Part shown: positions 59,147 to 64,000 of the stretch, one piece after another
Layout: the number at the start of each line of letters is the position of its first letter
Position numbering within the stretch: position 1 is the stretch's first letter
Program-made: the position numbers and the translations under genes
Notes under the pieces: model-generated
Databases searched by the model: none
What the model was told of the DNA's origin: nothing
What the model saw: the letters and a program-made list of their open reading frames with translations, nothing else
Assembly (NCBI GenBank): GCA_963842885.1
Contig: CAWJIE010000003.1
Span: 448,001 to 512,000, forward strand
Direction: 5' to 3'
DNA: 64,000 nt
Source of the DNA: an uncultured Nitrososphaerota archaeon
GTDB lineage: Archaea; Thermoproteota; Nitrososphaeria; Conexivisphaerales; DTJL01

Positions 59147-60945
59147 CTCTTCCTCTTCGCCTCCACCTGACTCCTGTAGTCCCTAAACCGGCTGGAGAAA
59201 AGAACTTGTTGGTCCAGGTCCGATTTGCTCATCTCCAGCGCCACAGCCCCGAGGTAGGCCTCCCGGTTCTCCTTCAGGATGGCCTTGGCCTTCTTGTCGG
59301 CCAAGAAGAGCGGGTAGTTGTGGCCAATGGCCTCGGGGACCACCTCCTTGCCCATATGGACCAGAATCGCCATCGCCAAGTTGGTCAAATCTGACCCACT
59401 GTCGAAGTGGAGGATGGGTGCTATCTTCTCGTCCACCTTGTCGTCCTGGTGGTGGATGAGCACCTCGTCCCAGTGGTCGTACCCGGCGAAGGCCGGCCTG
59501 TCGAAGCTGAAGACGTGGCTCCGGACGGCGGGGTTGGCCTGACTGCTCCAGAGCTGGATGTAGGTCTTGACGTAGGCCCTTTCGGCGTTGACCACGTTCT
59601 TGAAGGCGCCCCTGACCAGGGCCTCTCCCTTCTTGAGCCTGGGGTCCTGCTCCGGCGCCATGGTCCTGAAGGCCGCGTCCATGTCAATCGTATGCCATGG
59701 CGTGGGGACGTCGGCTGCGTTGATGACGCTGTTCGTCTGCAGGAGCATCTTGTCGCTGTTGAAGCTGGGGAGCCCCTGGCCCGGCTTGAGCTTGCCGGCG
59801 TTCTCGAGGATGGGCACCACGGAGTTGACAAGCTCGGAGGCCGAGGTGTCCTTTATCATGCCGATGAGGAGGAGGTTGTCGGCCCAGGCCTTCCTCGTGA
59901 GGGCGTGGATGAAGACCAGCGTCATGAAGTCCAGGTCGTCGGCCGTGATCCAGTGCTCCCTGGCGCCCCTCCTGAAACGCAATGGGTGCCCGCCCTTCGG
60001 GTCGAAGATGTGTTCCGCCACCATGCCCGCCGCCGCGAGCACCCTCTCCCAGTACGACTTCACGTCGGGCCTGAGCTTATAGTTGAAGACCTTCTCGAAG
60101 AGGTGGAACTCGCTCTCGAGCTCCCCGAATTCGTTCCTCAGCTTCTCCTCCCTCACCGGCTGGGCCCCCAGCCTGCCGATGATCTGCTGCGAACTCAGCT
60201 GGTCGCCCTGAAACAGGAGCTCCAGGGCGGCGTACTTCAGGAGTTGGCTCCGCGGGGCGGGGGTCTTAAGCTGAGAGTTGGGCAGAAGCATCCTTGCGAG
60301 CTGGAGGTCGAGGCTGGTCACCCTGCCGTAAGGGGTGTCAATGCCTTCAAGTATGCAGGCATGGTCCTCGATGAGCTCCTTCGTGCTCCAGTTGAGGTGG
60401 CCCACGTCGCCCGCCAGTGTCCTGTCCATTAGGATGACCTTGAGGCTGCCGTCGGCCGCCGCAGCCTTGTAGGCCAGATAGTACTCGGAGAGGTGCATGA
60501 TGGACCCAGGCAGCCTTTCTGGGTCCACTTCTACGCCCGACTGCGTCTTCTGGCCGAAGACAAGCGCGGCGTCCTCCTCTGAAAGGGGGATGGCTGCCGA
60601 GACAGATAGGTCGGAGCCACCGGGCGCCGCATCTCCGATATCGACGCCCGCGGAAGAGAGCTTGACCGAGCCGACGTATGCGAAGGCCCCCACGTAGAAT
60701 ACAAGCAGGTCCAGTTGCTCATCCAGGGCGTCCGTGCCGTCGATGGCGATGTACTTCACATCCTCTTTCCCGAAGAATCGGACCGCGGTGCGGAAGGCCG
60801 CGTCGTAATCGACGCCGAAGCGCAGGAGCCGCTTGAGATCGGGACCTGCCTTCTTGAGGACGTCGATCTTGCCCTTGAAGGAGCTCAGGAGATAGCGAGT
60901 GGAGCTCTGGACTTCCTCTATGGTTCGCGTTTCGTAATCGGCCAC
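59143..60945 (-). CDS. nurA: Long NurA-family nuclease with an internal HTH-like insert
   Basis: IAIDGT, conserved E helix, ILMDRTL, GMIKD and C-terminal GHNYPLFLADK; ATGA overlap with herA. Confidence 0.85.
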   Translation of the reverse strand: MADYETRTIEEVQSSTRYLLSSFKGKIDVLKKAGPDLKRLLRFGVDYDAAFRTAVRFFGKEDVKYIAIDGTDALDEQLDLLVFYVGAFAYVGSVKLSSAGVDIGDAAPGGSDLSVSAAIPLSEEDAALVFGQKTQSGVEVDPERLPGSIMHLSEYYLAYKAAAADGSLKVILMDRTLAGDVGHLNWSTKELIEDHACILEGIDTPYGRVTSLDLQLARMLLPNSQLKTPAPRSQLLKYAALELLFQGDQLSSQQIIGRLGAQPVREEKLRNEFGELESEFHLFEKVFNYKLRPDVKSYWERVLAAAGMVAEHIFDPKGGHPLRFRRGAREHWITADDLDFMTLVFIHALTRKAWADNLLLIGMIKDTSASELVNSVVPILENAGKLKPGQGLPSFNSDKMLLQTNSVINAADVPTPWHTIDMDAAFRTMAPEQDPRLKKGEALVRGAFKNVVNAERAYVKTYIQLWSSQANPAVRSHVFSFDRPAFAGYDHWDEVLIHHQDDKVDEKIAPILHFDSGSDLTNLAMAILVHMGKEVVPEAIGHNYPLFLADKKAKAILKENREAYLGAVALEMSKSDLDQQVLFSSRFRDYRSQVEAKRKR

Positions 60946-61161
60946 ACCCTATGCCTCCGACTTCAGGGCCGCTTGACTGATGAGGTAAGTTGACATGAAC
61001 AGCACGGCAATGGCGAGCGGGAGCCTTTAAGCGTTCATCTTTCCAGATGGGCGAAGAAGCCGGACCATCACTGAATCACAAGGCGCTCGCCTATGCGTAA
61101 CACCTTCTCCTATACAATCAAAAGAAAGAAATGGCGTACCCTGATGGCTTGCAGCGTCCGC

Positions 61162-61323
61162 CTACTTCTTCTTAATCTTCGCCTCGAGGGCCTTTAGCTT
61201 CGCGTCGAGCTCCTTCACTTTTGCTTCAAGCTCGTCGACTCTCTTCTTCTCTCCGCCCTTGACCTTCTGTTCTAACGCTTCAAGCCTGATCCGAAGCTTC
61301 TCGAATTCTGCTGACATTTCCAT
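61162..61323 (-). CDS. Small coiled-coil protein (53 aa; below the ORF-track cutoff)
   Basis: MEMSAEFEKLRIRLEALEQKVKGGEKKRVDELEAKVKELDAKLKALEAKIKKK, with GAGG and TTATAC upstream. Confidence 0.7.
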   Translation of the reverse strand: MEMSAEFEKLRIRLEALEQKVKGGEKKRVDELEAKVKELDAKLKALEAKIKKK

Positions 61324-61667
61324 TTGCCTCATCTAGTAATGTTACCTAGCGAAGTGTATAATGAGGACGTATTCTCGGTAACCAAACGCACTGACCATGC
61401 CTAGATGGAGTCCTTTCTTCTTTGTCCCAGATTCGAACGCCGTCGCCGTCAGAGCTCTACGGTCACGGAGTGCTCCTCCGGGCTGAGACTTGCCGGATTT
61501 CTAGAACCGCCTTCTCTGAAGGTTGTTCATCAAGCAGCTGAACAGTTCAGGCATTCGCGTCGTGCTTGCTGAAAGTAGGACTACTAGGTATACTTCGATG
61601 CCTGACCGCACATCGCTAGATTAATGGAACTCGCTCTTCTTTCAATCAACATCAAGAGGAAATCAGG

Positions 61668-61703
61668 GTATCGCAATTCTTTCCAGCGGCAACAGATATC
61701 CAA
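61668..61703. repeat. Dispersed ~36-bp repeat (family C); other copies at 46172-46208 and 62399-62436
   Basis: Shared TATC.C......TCCAGC(A/G)GCAACAG(A/G)TATCCAA. Confidence 0.8.
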
Positions 61704-61789
61704 GAATGGAAACAGGCGATCAATTCGAACTACACGTTCAGGGAAGACTAATAAGATGAAGGCGGGTAAGTATGTCGAGGATATGTTCT

Positions 61790-62182
61790 TTGCCGACAGA
61801 TGCTGAAATGCTGGAAGAACTGAAGAAGATCACTGCCCTGCTCACGCCCAAGCCAGCTCCGCCGGCGCCTCCACAGAAGACTGGTCTCTGGAATGACTTC
61901 ATGACCTTCATCAAGCATGGGAACCTGCTGGTCGTGGCGATAGCCTTCGTGATGGGCGGGCTGATATCCGGTCTAGTGAGCTCCATCGTGAGCGACCTGA
62001 TCATGCCATTAGCGGGGGCGTTCCTGCCGAAGGGGAACTGGCAGACCACGGCGTTCTTCGTGAACATCGGGAACGGGATGAACTTCACCCTTGGGCACTT
62101 CCTTGGCACCGTCATCAACTTCATCATAGTGGCCTTCGTGATCTTCCTCATAGCGCGTGCGGCGGTCAAAGCAGGACTCTAG
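61790..62182 (+). CDS. mscL: Large-conductance mechanosensitive channel
   Basis: F..FIKHGNLLVVAIAFVMG...LVSSIVSDLIMP (TM1) and G.FLGTVINFIIVAFVIF (TM2). Confidence 0.9.
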   Translation: MPTDAEMLEELKKITALLTPKPAPPAPPQKTGLWNDFMTFIKHGNLLVVAIAFVMGGLISGLVSSIVSDLIMPLAGAFLPKGNWQTTAFFVNIGNGMNFTLGHFLGTVINFIIVAFVIFLIARAAVKAGL

Positions 62183-62552
62183 TAATCCCCACTCTGAGCT
62201 TTTTCTCATACCACGGCCTACCGTGGGTCCGGACCAGGTCGGACCTTACGCTGAGCAAGTGAGCCATGAATCCCCCAGCCATGCTTTTTTGGCATTTCGC
62301 TTTCTCCGACCGTTAACACTGGCTGCCGTGGGGCAGATGGACGTTGACTAATACATTATAGATGGTCCTGAAGAACTTGGCATTCGACTTTCAAGACTGA
62401 TATCACTTCTCCTTTCCAGCAGCAACAGGTATCCAAAAACATCACGAATCTACGACCACCCCATCATCCCGTTCCAACCTTGATATGTCTGAACGATCCT
62501 GTGACTCGTATCAGAAAGACATAACTATTGCGCTGCGAATTCATTACCGAAG

Positions 62553-62714
62553 TTGACCGATTACGCGCTGGAAGAGGAGAAACTGAAGAAGCTCTACGAC
62601 CAAGCGCGCACACAGGGAAACAAGAAGAAGAAGAAGGAATACAAGGAGAAGATAGCCGAACTGAACCGACTCCGCAAGTCCGAGAAGCGAGAAAGCGTCA
62701 GATCGAAGAGCTAG
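62553..62714 (+). CDS. Small basic helical protein (53 aa; below the ORF-track cutoff)
   Basis: TTG-started MTDYALEEEKLKKLYDQARTQGNKKKKKEYKEKIAELNRLRKSEKRESVRSKS. Confidence 0.55.
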   Translation: MTDYALEEEKLKKLYDQARTQGNKKKKKEYKEKIAELNRLRKSEKRESVRSKS

Positions 62715-62951
62715 GGTTTCCTAGTGCCTTTCTCCCTTGAGAAACAAGGTGCCGCCAAGTATGCGGCTGATGGCTTAACCCTTCACGTCGAAAGTAGTCG
62801 GGGAGCCATACTTCTTCTCAACCCAGTGCGCAACCGAATCCGCTGAATCGGCATTGACGCCATCAGGATTCTGAAGGCCTAAGGCAGGTCCTGAAACATG
62901 ACCTTGAACCCTTCCACCACCAAGAAGTCGAATCCGAGCAGAACCCCGGCG

Positions 62952-63224
62952 TCAGGGCCGTGAAACGACGCCGTTCGAGCGATTTGATCGTTTCTCTTTG
63001 TGCGTCTTCGCTTCATCCTGTTCGGTTTCTCTGTCCTCTATCTCCTCCGACTCGTGCTCCTCCGATTCCTCTTCGGTCTCCTGCTCCTGCCCTTCGGACT
63101 CCGATTCCTCCACTGGCTTGACATCCTCAGCGGCGTCCACCTGATGCTCCTGCTCTATCGCCTCGGATTCCCCTTCAGCTTCCTTCTTTTCGTCCGAATC
63201 GTCATTCGTCGAGTTCATCGTCAC
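62952..63224 (-). CDS. Highly acidic low-complexity protein
   Basis: Glu/Asp-dominated 90-aa ORF with purine-rich coding strand; AAGGTG and CTTAAG upstream. Confidence 0.6.
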   Translation of the reverse strand: MTMNSTNDDSDEKKEAEGESEAIEQEHQVDAAEDVKPVEESESEGQEQETEEESEEHESEEIEDRETEQDEAKTHKEKRSNRSNGVVSRP

Positions 63225-63517
63225 CTTCTAACACGCCTCCCCTGCTTAAGTACCCTATGCACTACACCTATGAGAAGTGCCGTCAGGGTTCTTCACATCC
63301 GTCCCTCCCGTTTCGGGGTTCCTCTCAAAGTAAATCCAGGCCCCGCAGAACCTGCACTGAACCAAACTCCTGCTCATGATGGCCTTAGGCCTCCTTGGCC
63401 GCCTCCGATCCTTGGGCCCGAGAGCAAGAGGAAATGACCTGCGCTGGAGCAGCTTCCGTCATGTCTGGGATGGACCTCAAGCATGGAATCAAACCTGCAG
63501 AGTCTAATAAGGAGGCC

Positions 63518-63578
63518 TTCTTCAGCGGCTTCCTGACCCGGTCGGAGTTCTCTCCGTTCCCCAGCTCCCTGGCAGCCC
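63518..63578 (-). repeat. Family B repeat, copy 3
   Basis: CTTCTTCAG...TGACCCGGTCGGAGTTCTCTCCGTTCCCCAG; the single core change lies in the hairpin loop. Confidence 0.9.
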
Positions 63579-63828
63579 GACGAGCCATGAGCACAAAGCC
63601 GCGGTGGACAACAGAAGCGCCCAGCTCAATCCGACGAGTCCTGAACATGGAGGACCCAATAGACAATCAAATGGATCTCCGTCCCATTGGAAATGAGCTT
63701 CTGACATGAGTGCGTATAGGTCCGGGTGTATTTCGCTTGTGAGTCCACATTGAGGGACCTATATCCGTTCTCCAAGCCCAGGAGGAGAAAGGCAAAGCTG
63801 ATTAGCACTGAAGCCTTTCTAGGGGGAT

Positions 63829-64000
63829 ATGGGGAGATCTCCTGGACCAAAGGAAGCCCATCTTACATCGAAGGATTACCTTGAGTTTCTTGACGGAAAG
63901 CTGGGCTTTCCACGGGGGACTCTCTTCAAGCTGTGTGCCGAGGCTGTAGAGTCGAAAGTTGAGGCTCGGGAGGGGACTACGGTGACATATCGGGGGGTGT
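63829..64000 (+). CDS. Hypothetical protein, 5' part (runs off the window)
   Basis: MGRSPGPKEAHLTSKDYLEFLDGKLGFPRGTLFKLCAEAVE... is open to the window end. Confidence 0.5.
   Translation, partial: MGRSPGPKEAHLTSKDYLEFLDGKLGFPRGTLFKLCAEAVESKVEAREGTTVTYRGV

Noticed and set aside
61461-61482. CGGAG-TGCTC-CTCCG hairpin as a fourth family B copy (also an 11-bp match at 38162)
   Set aside because: Only the short stem or a fragment matches and the flanks do not align.

Overview
This is a GC-rich archaeal chromosomal segment. TATA-like boxes sit about 25-35 bp before start codons, and it carries IorAB, an ADP-forming acyl-CoA synthetase, AMP phosphorylase, PolB2 and NurA/HerA. A TACK lineage such as non-ammonia-oxidising Nitrososphaerota is a guess, not shown by the sequence. 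The 0-29 kb part holds three separate xanthine-dehydrogenase-family molybdo-flavoenzyme operons. The first has a Tat signal, a Thr-rich stalk and a PKD domain fused to its 2Fe-2S subunit, suggesting an exported, cell-surface enzyme. The other two bracket pyrB, a cyclic amidohydrolase, an MDH/LDH-family gene, ACD and iorAB, with pyk just beyond. The 29-53 kb part holds a repeat-rich surface protein, a SufCB/SMS-type Fe-S assembly pair, a four-gene PolB2 cassette (Zn-ribbon inactive RadA-like protein, two small helical paralogues, PolB2), an ABC exporter, a radical SAM gene, nitroreductases, AMP phosphorylase, MscS, MFS, CBS, PAP2/AUR1-like, a class III aminotransferase and an Ord/DapB-like dehydrogenase. 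The 53-64 kb part is a mosaic accessory region with gene remnants, a 21-bp direct-repeat promoter, a degenerate tRNA 3' fragment, a stand-alone nurA-herA pair, an apparently permuted MscL and small charged ORFs. At least three families of short dispersed intergenic repeats were found by eye. Eight single-base frameshifts interrupt six otherwise intact genes and are probably long-read assembly errors. No CRISPR array, rRNA, intact tRNA or intact transposase was seen. All assignments come from motif reading, not database searches.
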